From an uncultured Gammaproteobacteria bacterium (GTDB lineage Bacteria > Patescibacteriota > Microgenomatia > Daviesbacterales > UBA10151): DNA of 64,000 bases. The translations under genes were made by a program, and so were the position numbers. The stretch lies in the NCBI GenBank assembly GCA_964394855.1, contig CAYMZD010000001.1, positions 120,107 through 184,106 of the forward strand, read 5' to 3'. This document shows, piece after piece, positions 1-8,675 of this stretch (positions are counted from its first letter, which is position 1; the number at the start of each line of letters is the position of its first letter). A model generated the notes under the pieces. That model saw nothing but the letters and a program-made list of their open reading frames with translations, had not been told where the DNA came from and ran no database searches.

Positions 1-72
1 AACCCCATGGGGGGTTGTTAACTTCCCCAATCGCGCTTGTCCCTGTTGATGAAGGATTTTGAATGAAACCAT
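1..72 (-). CDS. tgt: Queuine tRNA-ribosyltransferase, N-terminal part (runs off the window)
   Basis: Manual translation MVSFKILHQQGQARLGKLTTPHGV matches the Tgt N-terminal pattern ARLGxLxTPHG; not in the ORF track; alternative ATG at 75. Confidence 0.8.
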   Translation of the reverse strand, partial: MVSFKILHQQGQARLGKLTTPHGV

Positions 73-102
73 CATCCAAAAATTCTACCATATTATACCG
101 AA

Positions 103-1815
103 TTATACCGAGGCAGCTAGAGTTTTTTTCTCCAACTTTTCCATTTCAATTTTAGCCCTGCCTTTAAAGAAGTCTCTATCATTTAGGTGTTCCTTGATTT
201 TTTCCGCCAGTTCATCACCGGCAATTATTTCCGGAATTATGACCCAATCAGCTCCTTTTTGATATAAAATTTGGGCATCAGCTACACTCTCTGTCCTCAC
301 AATCACTGGAACGCTGATATGCCTTGAGTGCAAGTCCTCTAGTAAAAGTAAGTTATCATCCAAATCAGAGGCCGTGGAAATAATAATTCTAGCATCCTCC
401 AGCTTTAAAGCATCTAAAACTTCAGGATCACCCATATCTCCATAAATGGCTCTCACATTTTCCTTTAGCAAGTTTTGGACATGGTTAGGATTAAAATCCA
501 AAACAATGTGGGGAATATTTTCTCTTTTCAAAAACTTGACAATGCCACCCCCCACTCTGTGTCCTCCAATTACCACCGCATGATTTTCCAAACCGTCATC
601 TTTTATTTTCTCCTCCAAGACATTTTGATAATCTTTTCTTTCAAAAAATCCGATCACCCGAGAGAGCTTTTTAAAAAGCTTTTTGGAATGGGTTATCATG
701 ATCGAGGCAAATATCATGGACAAAACGGCAGACAAAGCTACGGTGGTCAAGGCCGATTGAGATACCACTCCTAATTCAAATCCCACCAACATGATGATCA
801 AAGAAAATTCGCTGATGTGTGTTAGAGTCAGGGCGGTTTGGAACATGGTGTGCTTTCTAAATCCGAACATACCGAAAAGAAGCATAAAAATAGTCGGTTT
901 AATAAACAAGGTATAGACGGTAAAGATCAGCGTGACAGGTAGGATTTTGCCCAGCTCGTTAAACTGTACTTGAGTGCCTAAATAGACAAAAAACAGGGTG
1001 ACGAAAAAATCACGCAATGGTTTAACTTTTCCCTGGATCTGATAATGAAAGGGCGAGGAGGCCAGGGTCAAACCTGCCAAAAAGGCTCCAATCACTGCCG
1101 AAAACCCCAATGCCAAGGCAAAAGAGATATAAATAAAACACCAGGCCAGCGCTGTAATAAACAACAGCTCCGATTGTTTGGCAACGGCTTTGAAAACCTG
1201 CGGCAAGATTACTCTGCTTAAAACTACGGCCAGGCCAAAAAGAAATAAGGCCTTTAGAAAAATAGTCAAAAGAGGAAGGGTTTGCTGCAACCCCAGACCC
1301 AAAACCGAGGTGGAAACTGTTAAAAACATCAGTAGCACCACTGCTAGAAGATCTTCCAAAAGAAGGATGCCAACGGCTAATTTCCCATAAAGGGCGCTCA
1401 AATCTTTTTTGTCAATCAAAAGCTTAATTACCAAGATGGTTGAGGAAAAGGCCAGTCCCACACCCAGATACCAGGATTCCACTCCTCCAAATCCCAAAAG
1501 ACGGGACAGGGTTGAACCAGCTATGGTGGTAATGATAATCTGCAAAGTCCCGGCCACCAGTATTGGTTTACCCAAATTTTTGATCTCGCGAAAGTCAAGC
1601 TCCATACCAACCAAGAAAAGCACAAAAGCAATACCTATTTCGGGCAGGAAATGTAGTACTGCCGAAGCTCTGGGGTCAAAAATGGTGGTTGAAGCAATTA
1701 ACAACCCACCCAAAAGATAGGCAATTAAAAGTGGTAGCTTTAATCTAACTACGCCATAACCGACGCCAGAGGCCAGTCCCAAAATGATGGCCAGTTGTAT
1801 AAAAATGTTATCCAT
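103..1815 (-). CDS. Kef-type cation:proton antiporter (CPA2) with C-terminal TrkA-N/KTN domain
   Basis: Many TM segments; LFLVGMEL and LLLEDL motifs; C-terminal GGHRVGG...IYGD Rossmann domain. Confidence 0.9.
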   Translation of the reverse strand: MDNIFIQLAIILGLASGVGYGVVRLKLPLLIAYLLGGLLIASTTIFDPRASAVLHFLPEIGIAFVLFLVGMELDFREIKNLGKPILVAGTLQIIITTIAGSTLSRLLGFGGVESWYLGVGLAFSSTILVIKLLIDKKDLSALYGKLAVGILLLEDLLAVVLLMFLTVSTSVLGLGLQQTLPLLTIFLKALFLFGLAVVLSRVILPQVFKAVAKQSELLFITALAWCFIYISFALALGFSAVIGAFLAGLTLASSPFHYQIQGKVKPLRDFFVTLFFVYLGTQVQFNELGKILPVTLIFTVYTLFIKPTIFMLLFGMFGFRKHTMFQTALTLTHISEFSLIIMLVGFELGVVSQSALTTVALSAVLSMIFASIMITHSKKLFKKLSRVIGFFERKDYQNVLEEKIKDDGLENHAVVIGGHRVGGGIVKFLKRENIPHIVLDFNPNHVQNLLKENVRAIYGDMGDPEVLDALKLEDARIIISTASDLDDNLLLLEDLHSRHISVPVIVRTESVADAQILYQKGADWVIIPEIIAGDELAEKIKEHLNDRDFFKGRAKIEMEKLEKKTLAASV

Positions 1816-2500
1816 TTCCTGTTAAATAACTTAAAGATTTTTTCAAATCCAAAGGCAGCGGGCTCTCTATCTCCATCCAAACTCCTGATACTGGATGTTT
1901 AAATCCGATCTTTTGGGCGTGCAAAAACATCCTCGGACACCATCTTTTATCCAGTCTGTTCATCTTTCTTCCCGCATACTTATCATCCGACACTATTGGG
2001 TGAAGGATATATTTTAAATGTACCCTAATTTGGTGTGTCCGTCCAGTCTTTGGTTTAACTCTTAGTAAGCTAAATTTAGCATACCCCATTTTTGTTAATT
2101 TCCGCATTTGAGAATTATTAAAGTCAGCAAAAATCTCCCTCAATAACTGCTCACTCATAACTCTTAACTCAATTTGCTCATATTCAGTGACTGCTTCTTT
2201 CCCTGCTTCTGTGACTGTAAATTTTTTTCTTTTTCGGGGGTTTCTGCCAATCGCCATCTCCACTCTTCCAGCAGCCTCAAGTTGACCATGAACCAATGCC
2301 AAATATTCTTTTTTGATTATTCTTTGTTTAAATTGAGATTGTAAATTCCAAAGGGCCTCTGGCCCTTTGGCCACCAGTAAAACACCTGATGTATCTTTAT
2401 CTAATCGGTGCGCCAGCATACCGGGAATCTCCGTCACAACCAAACCCGGAGGTTTATCCAACACAATCACTGCATCGTCTTCAAAGATTTTTTTTATCAC
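1808..2500 (-). CDS. RluA/RluD family pseudouridine synthase (no S4 domain)
   Basis: DKPPGL, HRLDKDTSG, TGRTHQIRVH and LHA motifs. Confidence 0.93.
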   Translation of the reverse strand: MIKKIFEDDAVIVLDKPPGLVVTEIPGMLAHRLDKDTSGVLLVAKGPEALWNLQSQFKQRIIKKEYLALVHGQLEAAGRVEMAIGRNPRKRKKFTVTEAGKEAVTEYEQIELRVMSEQLLREIFADFNNSQMRKLTKMGYAKFSLLRVKPKTGRTHQIRVHLKYILHPIVSDDKYAGRKMNRLDKRWCPRMFLHAQKIGFKHPVSGVWMEIESPLPLDLKKSLSYLTGNG

Positions 2501-2524
2501 AGGCTTTAATTATACTAATAACTT

Positions 2525-3568
2525 TTAGCTTTCTCTTTCCAATACAAAATCAGCCAAGTCTGTAAGCAACTTTTGGTATCTTGGATTACCGGTAATTTGA
2601 GGGATAAATTTTTTGCCTTTTTCTACTAATTTTCTCCCCAGAGAATGCGAATACTGCAGCGCTCCCACTTTTTTGATAATATTTTTGACTCTTTCTACCT
2701 CCTCTTTTTTCAAATTATGATTACCATAACAATGTTTCAAAAACTCTAGATCATCCCCTTTTGCTTTTTCCAATGCTTTAACAATTAAAACCGTCACTTT
2801 ACTCTCCCTTAAATCTGAATCAACTGGTTTACCCAACTGCTCTTCACTGGAAAACATCCCCAACTCATCATCACGGATTTGGAAAGCCACCCCCACCGGG
2901 ATGCCGAATTGTTTAATGGCCTTTAAACTTTCATCATCAGCCCCAGCTAACATTGCCCCAATTGACAGTGGTCCTGGGATAGTATATTCAGCAGTTTTAT
3001 AACGATGAACCTCTAGGGCGTTTTTTTCACTAAATCTTCCTTCCTCTTCATAAGTAATATCTAAAGCCTGACCTAAACCCACCTCCATTAGGAGACGACT
3101 TAAAAAATAAGTGACAGAGGATAAACTCTCTGGGGGGAAATTCAAAGAATTAAGCAGCCTATAGGCAAAAAATATACCTTCATCACCAATATCAATAGCC
3201 ATAGAAATACCGTAGTGGCGTCCAAATTCTTTTTCGTAAATCTTGTGCATGGTAGGCTTGCCTCGACGAAGCGTATCCTGATCCATGATATCATCATGAA
3301 TCAGCAAAAAGGAGTGGATAATTTCAATTACCAAAGAGGCTAAAAGCGCTTCCTTTTTATCTTTTCCCCCAAATATTTCATACCCCAAAAGTATCTCGCA
3401 CCCCCTTAGCTTTTTTCCTCCCCCCAGAAAGTTTTTATAATCATCAACCAAAGAACCAGCAATAGGAGCAATCTTGCTTACCTTTTTTCTTTCATTGTTA
3501 AATATTTTCTCAATAACAGGGTCTAAGTCTTGATTATATTGCTTTAGATAGTTAACAAATTTGTCCAT
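2525..3568 (-). CDS. Polyprenyl synthetase (GGPP synthase-like)
   Basis: GGKKLRG, LIHDDIMD...RRG, GQALD, KTAEY, FQIRDD motifs. Confidence 0.93.
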   Translation of the reverse strand: MDKFVNYLKQYNQDLDPVIEKIFNNERKKVSKIAPIAGSLVDDYKNFLGGGKKLRGCEILLGYEIFGGKDKKEALLASLVIEIIHSFLLIHDDIMDQDTLRRGKPTMHKIYEKEFGRHYGISMAIDIGDEGIFFAYRLLNSLNFPPESLSSVTYFLSRLLMEVGLGQALDITYEEEGRFSEKNALEVHRYKTAEYTIPGPLSIGAMLAGADDESLKAIKQFGIPVGVAFQIRDDELGMFSSEEQLGKPVDSDLRESKVTVLIVKALEKAKGDDLEFLKHCYGNHNLKKEEVERVKNIIKKVGALQYSHSLGRKLVEKGKKFIPQITGNPRYQKLLTDLADFVLERES

Positions 3569-3586
3569 ATTGTTCCTTACGGGGGG

Positions 3587-3940
3587 TCATTTTTTCTTAC
3601 TACAAGAAAGGCAGCGGGTAGCTGTGGGCATTACTTCTAGTCTTTTAACTTCTATGTGCTTACCACAAACTTCACAATGGCCATATTTTCCCGTTTTCAA
3701 ATTTAGCAAAGACTGCCTGGTTTTAACTAGCAGATGTTGTAAATTTTGCCCAATAGCCACAGCCCTTCCGTGAACATCAGCCAACCAGCTTTCTGTACCT
3801 GGTTCAGAACTTTGGGCTAGCTGTTCCTCTTTGATGGGGTCTTCTTTCTCTACAGAACGAATCTCTTGCTCTATCTCCTTTTGTTGTCTCAAAAGCATTT
3901 TTTTTATTTTAGCGAATGTTTTCTGGGGTATGCTTAACAT
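3587..3940 (-). CDS. TraR/DksA C4-type zinc finger protein
   Basis: Coiled coil plus YGHCEVCG...RL..MP.ATRCLSC. Confidence 0.88.
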   Translation of the reverse strand: MLSIPQKTFAKIKKMLLRQQKEIEQEIRSVEKEDPIKEEQLAQSSEPGTESWLADVHGRAVAIGQNLQHLLVKTRQSLLNLKTGKYGHCEVCGKHIEVKRLEVMPTATRCLSCSKKK

Positions 3941-4841
3941 GCCACCTCCTTAATAATTTTTTTAGTCTATATATCCGCCAGTTCCACGAAATTTTGCTAT
4001 TTTGTACTACTGATTTAAACCCATTATACCAATTTGTCTTGAAGTTTATTATAATAGTTTTCCGAGCATTATTTTCAGTAAGGAAACTTACCAACAGTTT
4101 TTTTGCTAAAATTATATCTTCGGAAAAGCTCCGTTTACTGGTTTTATAAAAAACAGTCATACCCAGAATTAAAATAATCATGGCAAATATTTGTCCTCCT
4201 TCAGTCTTGGCTCTGAAAAAATCCATTAAAAATTTAACAACTCCCAGAAGTATTAGGCTTAAACTAATGATCTTTCCTCTGAAGTGAAATTTAGAAGCTA
4301 TTGGCCAAATTTTTAAAAGTATTATCAAAAAAATCGCCGCTTCAAAAAGTTGAATGGGAAATCTCTTCCCGACTGTTCCCACTACTGTGGTGGCAAAAAA
4401 AAGATTACTAGGAAGACCTATTGCGCAACCACCCAGAAAACAACCAATATCACCAAGAACCAACCCCCCCAAAAAACCAACTGCCGAAAGATCGGCAATC
4501 TGCCAAAAATCTACCTTTAGACGACGACTAAAAAAGGCCAAAGTTAGCCATCCGCCTAAAACTCCTCCCCAAAACTCAAGTCCTGGATATTTTGTCAGCA
4601 AAAGTGCACTCACTGGATTTTGACTAAAAAAATCCCAGTTAAAACTAATAAAAAATAATCTGGCCCCTAATAATCCTCCAAAAAATGTCAGCAAAACTAA
4701 ATCAAGAATTTTTTCCTCATCTAAATCCCAGGCCCTGGCTAGTCTCCAGACTAAAAAAGTGCCGAATAAAAAACCCAAGGCTAGGAAAAAGCCAAAACTG
4801 GATATAGAAATTTGCCCCACACTAAAAAGAACAGGTAACAT
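3909..4841 (-). CDS. lgt: Prolipoprotein diacylglyceryl transferase
   Basis: MLPVLF start, GGLLGARL, GLEFWGG, IGCFLGGC..G, FPIQLFE motifs; start placed at ATG 4841 rather than the track start. Confidence 0.82.
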   Translation of the reverse strand: MLPVLFSVGQISISSFGFFLALGFLFGTFLVWRLARAWDLDEEKILDLVLLTFFGGLLGARLFFISFNWDFFSQNPVSALLLTKYPGLEFWGGVLGGWLTLAFFSRRLKVDFWQIADLSAVGFLGGLVLGDIGCFLGGCAIGLPSNLFFATTVVGTVGKRFPIQLFEAAIFLIILLKIWPIASKFHFRGKIISLSLILLGVVKFLMDFFRAKTEGGQIFAMIILILGMTVFYKTSKRSFSEDIILAKKLLVSFLTENNARKTIIINFKTNWYNGFKSVVQNSKISWNWRIYRLKKLLRRWHVKHTPENIR

Positions 4842-4952
4842 AACCTTTAAAAGCCTAACAAACCCGAGACACTTTTGCAACTTGTTGACACATCCTGTTA
4901 TACTTAATGTTAAGATTTAAAGAAACGATACGATCACGATCGTCCAAAAATT

Positions 4953-5390
4953 ATGACTGCTACAGCACATGCACTGGTGGGAGGCGCTATTGCGGCCTCC
5001 ATTTCAAATCCTGTTATTGGACTTCCTCTAGCAGCTCTGTCTCATCCTTTAATGGACATGACTCCACACTGGGATTTTGGCTGTGGATGGAGGAAAAAAA
5101 ATAAGATTATTTTATTTGGGCAATCCTGTTTTGATGTAGCACTGGGGCTTTTTTTAACCTATCTTTTTTTTGGTAGAAGTGTTGACCTAACTTATTTGGC
5201 AGCAGCTGTATTTATATCTGAAGCCTGGGACCTGTTGATGGTGCCTTACCTTTTCGGTTTAAAATTCCTACCCTTTTCAGCATTTTACAATGTCCAATCA
5301 GCCATTAATGTCAATATCAAACTTCCCTGGGGAATATTAACTCAAGTTGCCACAGTAGTGGTGACAGTGCTTTTATTAAAAGTTTTTTAA
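4953..5390 (+). CDS. Membrane protein, putative metal-binding hydrolase-like (H...SH..D.PHWD)
   Basis: Hydrophobic segments with TAHAL and LSHPLMDMTPHWD. Confidence 0.55.
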   Translation: MTATAHALVGGAIAASISNPVIGLPLAALSHPLMDMTPHWDFGCGWRKKNKIILFGQSCFDVALGLFLTYLFFGRSVDLTYLAAAVFISEAWDLLMVPYLFGLKFLPFSAFYNVQSAINVNIKLPWGILTQVATVVVTVLLLKVF

Positions 5391-5953
5391 CCTTTAACCC
5401 TTTCTACATATTGACCAGTTCTGGTATCCACCTTAACTTTTTCTCCCACTTTCATAAAAATTGGTACTTTAATATTGAGGCCATTTTCCAAAGTGGCATC
5501 TTTGTAAACATTAGAAACCGTATTCCCACGTTCTCCCGGTCCTGTTTCAGCAATGGTATAAATTAAGTTGATGGGTAGCTCCACAGATAAGGCCTCCCCT
5601 TCTGCCACAATCAAAGTTACCTCTAAACTATCCTTTAGATACTTGGCTTGATCGCCCATCACTGATATGGACAGCGGGAACTGTTCGAAGCTCACCGGAT
5701 CCATAAAATAAAAACTATCCCCATCACGATATAAATATTGGGCTTTTTTCTTCTCTATATTGGCTTCCTCTACTTTTGAGCCGGTGATAAAAGATTTTTC
5801 CAAAGTGGTACCGGAACGCAAATTTTTGACTTTTACTTTGACATTACCAGAACCCCGACCCATTTTGACATGGTCATAGGATAAAATCTGAAAGATATTG
5901 CTACCCTCTTTAAAAAAAGTACCGTTTCGAAGATCAGTAACATTTAATGCCAT
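5387..5953 (-). CDS. efp: Elongation factor P
   Basis: HVKMGRGSG loop, FMDPVSFEQ, KVDTRTGQYVER. Confidence 0.96.
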   Translation of the reverse strand: MALNVTDLRNGTFFKEGSNIFQILSYDHVKMGRGSGNVKVKVKNLRSGTTLEKSFITGSKVEEANIEKKKAQYLYRDGDSFYFMDPVSFEQFPLSISVMGDQAKYLKDSLEVTLIVAEGEALSVELPINLIYTIAETGPGERGNTVSNVYKDATLENGLNIKVPIFMKVGEKVKVDTRTGQYVERVKG

Positions 5954-6019
5954 ATATTTCTACTTAGTATAATCCCACTGTAAACCAAATTCAATGATCT
6001 AACTAAATTAAATCCTCAT

Positions 6020-6055
6020 TAAGACATTTATATCACGATCGTAATAGATTTGTCT
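6020..6055. repeat. 36-bp imperfect-palindromic direct repeat, copy 1
   Basis: TAAGACATTTATATCACGATCGTAATAGATTTGTCT, identical to 6565-6600; abuts the stop codon of the 6056-6565 gene. Confidence 0.97.
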
Positions 6056-6565
6056 CTAGCGACCGACATCATCAGACTCAATAACCATTACCCAATCCTC
6101 TATCCCAACCTGCTTGATAAAATCCCTTAAAGGTTTTGTGCAGTTAACTTTAGCTGCCCAAACACTTTTCTGCCAATGCGTAAAACCCCATTGTTTTAGT
6201 TTTGATCTCAACAGATCCCGAGCTGTTCTTCTTTTTTCCGGAATATCAAAGATCACCAACCTCCATCTTCCATCCCATCTCTGGGGAAATTCTTTGATTC
6301 TTGCCCAAATAGCTCGATCTTTACCTTTATCCGTCAATCTTAATATCAACTCTTCATCAGCAATTAATTCCACAAACCCACCCTCGCGTAACCGTTGTAG
6401 AGCTTTGGATAACGATGCTTTCTTGACAGGATAATCCCAGCCGAATCCAAATGGACCTGGATGATTTAAAAAATCATTGGCTCTAACAGTTCCGTCAATG
6501 GTTTTTTCCAGAGCCAGCAGGATGAAATTGGTAACTTTTCTATATTTGGTTAAAGGTTGCGGCAT
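6056..6565 (-). CDS. wHTH + PaaX-central/Cas2-like ferredoxin-fold protein
   Basis: ALQRLREGGFVE...LRLTDKG (wHTH) followed by WDGRWRLVIFDIPEKRR...GF..WQKSVW. Confidence 0.85.
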   Translation of the reverse strand: MPQPLTKYRKVTNFILLALEKTIDGTVRANDFLNHPGPFGFGWDYPVKKASLSKALQRLREGGFVELIADEELILRLTDKGKDRAIWARIKEFPQRWDGRWRLVIFDIPEKRRTARDLLRSKLKQWGFTHWQKSVWAAKVNCTKPLRDFIKQVGIEDWVMVIESDDVGR

Positions 6566-6600
6566 AAGACATTTATATCACGATCGTAATAGATTTGTCT
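6565..6600. repeat. 36-bp imperfect-palindromic direct repeat, copy 2 (overlaps the A of the ATG)
   Basis: Identical to 6020-6055; on the minus strand it reads (T)AGACA-N15-TGATATAAA-N6-ATG. Confidence 0.97.
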
Positions 6601-6677
6601 AGATGCCAAATCAATTCCGAATCATTTAATGTAAAATTAATGTAATTGTTAATATAAGTTGTTATAATTACACATGA

Positions 6678-6761
6678 GCCGAGGTGGCGGAATGGTAGAC
6701 GCGAAGGTCTCAAAAACCTTTGATCCAAAAGATCGTGTGGGTTCGACTCCCACCCTCGGCA
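6678..6761 (+). tRNA. tRNA-Leu(CAA)
   Basis: GCCGAGG/CCTCGGC acceptor stem, TGGTAGAC D-loop, AAGGT-CTCAAAA-ACCTT anticodon arm, long variable arm, GTTCGACTC T-loop; CCA not encoded. Confidence 0.95.
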
Positions 6762-6765
6762 CATT

Positions 6766-8130
6766 TTAGGCTGCGGCTGGCAGTTCCTCTCTTTCCTCTT
6801 TGGCTGCCGGAGGTCGCCCCCTGGTTTTTTCCATGCCATAAAAACGCACTCTATCTGCTCTAAACATCAGTGGAATATCCCCGGTAGGTCCATTTCTGTG
6901 TTTTTGAATATCCAAAGTGACTTGTTCCGGCTTTTCCAGATCCTCACGGTAGATAAACATCACCACATCCGCATCTTGCTCAATGGCCCCAGACTCTCGT
7001 AAATCCGCCAGTTGGGGCTTTCTGGAACCACGCGCTTCAACTGCTCGGGAGAGTTGAGAAATGGCCAGCACTGGAATTTTAAGTTCTCTGGCCAAATTTT
7101 TTAAACCCTGGGAAATTTCCGAAACTTCCTGTACTCTATTTTCCAAATTCCGCCCACGGATAAGCTGTAAATAATCAACAATCAAAAGCTTTAGTCCGTA
7201 TTCAATCTGCAAACGTCTGGCTTTGGTTCTAATTTCAGCCAAGGATGCACCCGGGGTGTCATCAATAAAAAGAGGCGCCTCGGCCAATTCCCCCATGGAA
7301 AGTGACAGTCTGTCAAAATCTTTCTCATCCAAACGGCCGGTTTTTAACTTCCAAGCATCAATGTCGGCTTGTCCCACCAACAACCTGTCCACTAACTCTT
7401 CCTGGCTCATCTCCAAAGAGAAAATTCCCACTGGCAACCCTGCTGAAACAGCCACAAACTGGGCCACATTTAAAGCAAAGCTGGTTTTTCCCTGACCCGG
7501 CCGGGAAGCCAAGATTAGCAAGTTTGAATCCTGCATGCCAGCCAGCTTGGCATCTAAATCTCTAAAACCTGTGGGCACACCTCTTAAGCGTCCTGATGAT
7601 TTTTGCAGTTCATCCAAGCGGTCAAAACTTTCAGCCAGGGCATCTTTAATGGGAATAAAATCTCTTTTGACATACTCTTGGGATAGAGAAAAAATGCCTG
7701 CCTCGGCCGACTCCAGCAGCTCATCCACTGCACCAGCTTCTTCGTAAGAAGCCTCTATCAGCCTAGTTGATTGGGCAATTAAAGTTCTTTTAATGGCGTG
7801 CTCTTTAATGATTCTGGCATAATTTTCCACATGAGCAGAGGTGGGCACCATATTGATCAAGGTAGTTAAATAACCCACCCCGCCTATTTTATCCAACATC
7901 CCTGCTTTTTTAAGTTCTTCTGAAATAGTCACCAAGTCAATTGGCTCCCGCCTCTCAAATAAACTTTGCATGGCTGAATAAATTTGACCATGAGTATCAC
8001 TGCGGTAAAAATGGGCAGGATGTAAAATTTCTGCCACTCTGACTATGGCATCTTTATCAATTAATAAGGCCCCTAATAGGGATTGCTCTGCCTCAATATT
8101 TTGCGGTGGAAGTTTAGGCTGATTTGGCAT
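6766..8130 (-). CDS. dnaB: Replicative DNA helicase
   Basis: PPQNIEAEQS, ASRPGQGKT, IVDYLQL, DLRESGAIEQDAD, KHRNGP. Confidence 0.97.
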   Translation of the reverse strand: MPNQPKLPPQNIEAEQSLLGALLIDKDAIVRVAEILHPAHFYRSDTHGQIYSAMQSLFERREPIDLVTISEELKKAGMLDKIGGVGYLTTLINMVPTSAHVENYARIIKEHAIKRTLIAQSTRLIEASYEEAGAVDELLESAEAGIFSLSQEYVKRDFIPIKDALAESFDRLDELQKSSGRLRGVPTGFRDLDAKLAGMQDSNLLILASRPGQGKTSFALNVAQFVAVSAGLPVGIFSLEMSQEELVDRLLVGQADIDAWKLKTGRLDEKDFDRLSLSMGELAEAPLFIDDTPGASLAEIRTKARRLQIEYGLKLLIVDYLQLIRGRNLENRVQEVSEISQGLKNLARELKIPVLAISQLSRAVEARGSRKPQLADLRESGAIEQDADVVMFIYREDLEKPEQVTLDIQKHRNGPTGDIPLMFRADRVRFYGMEKTRGRPPAAKEEREELPAAA

Positions 8131-8617
8131 GGCTTAAGATTGCTACCATTGGTTCAGTTGGTAGTTTGTCTTTAGTCATAGAAAGTTTTGCTTGAGGAAT
8201 TCCCCCTTCTGCTCCCAGTTCTTTTAAAAACTTAGTCCTATCTTCCCCATTGGGAATGGGAATGATAATTTTTGGTTCAAGCTGGGCTACAGCTTTGACT
8301 GAACCTAAACCTAAAATTAAAATATCAGTTTCATCAATCTCTTCAGACTCCTCGTCTGTTAAATTTTTTTGGCTCAAGCCCAAGTAAACTACTCTTACCC
8401 CATCCATGGTGATATGGTAAATGGTATCTCCATTCCTTTTTATGCCTGTAATGACTACTCCTTTTGATTCATACTCACCAGGACCATTAAAAACTAAACC
8501 AGCACCATCTTTCCCCAAGGTAATATCAGCTTCCACTCCCTTTGTGGGGTTGATCACTAAACTGGCTTCTTTACCCTTGAGTCTAAATGCAGCATTACCT
8601 AACCAATAGATATCCAT
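8114..8617 (-). CDS. Degenerate MBL-fold (lactamase_B_3-like) protein
   Basis: MDIYWLGNAAFRL, GPGEYE.KGV and LEPKIIIP motifs; HxHxDH motif absent. Confidence 0.7.
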   Translation of the reverse strand: MDIYWLGNAAFRLKGKEASLVINPTKGVEADITLGKDGAGLVFNGPGEYESKGVVITGIKRNGDTIYHITMDGVRVVYLGLSQKNLTDEESEEIDETDILILGLGSVKAVAQLEPKIIIPIPNGEDRTKFLKELGAEGGIPQAKLSMTKDKLPTEPMVAILSHAKSA

Positions 8618-8675
8618 TTGTCGGCTAATTCTATCAAAAAGTTCTTCGGTTTGACAATATGCTAAAATATGAACA

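Noticed and set aside
6020-6600. CRISPR array with cas2
   Set aside because: Only two repeats separated by a 509-bp coding interval, no 25-45 bp spacers, no cas1 or effector genes; the protein is a wHTH fusion of the PaaX-like type
6678-6761. Prophage or island integrated at tRNA-Leu
   Set aside because: No duplicated tRNA 3' end and no integrase seen; the 36-bp repeat is unrelated to the tRNA sequence
6573-6839. 88-aa minus-strand ORF
   Set aside because: Antisense shadow of tRNA-Leu (contains the RGWESNPH-type tRNA translation)
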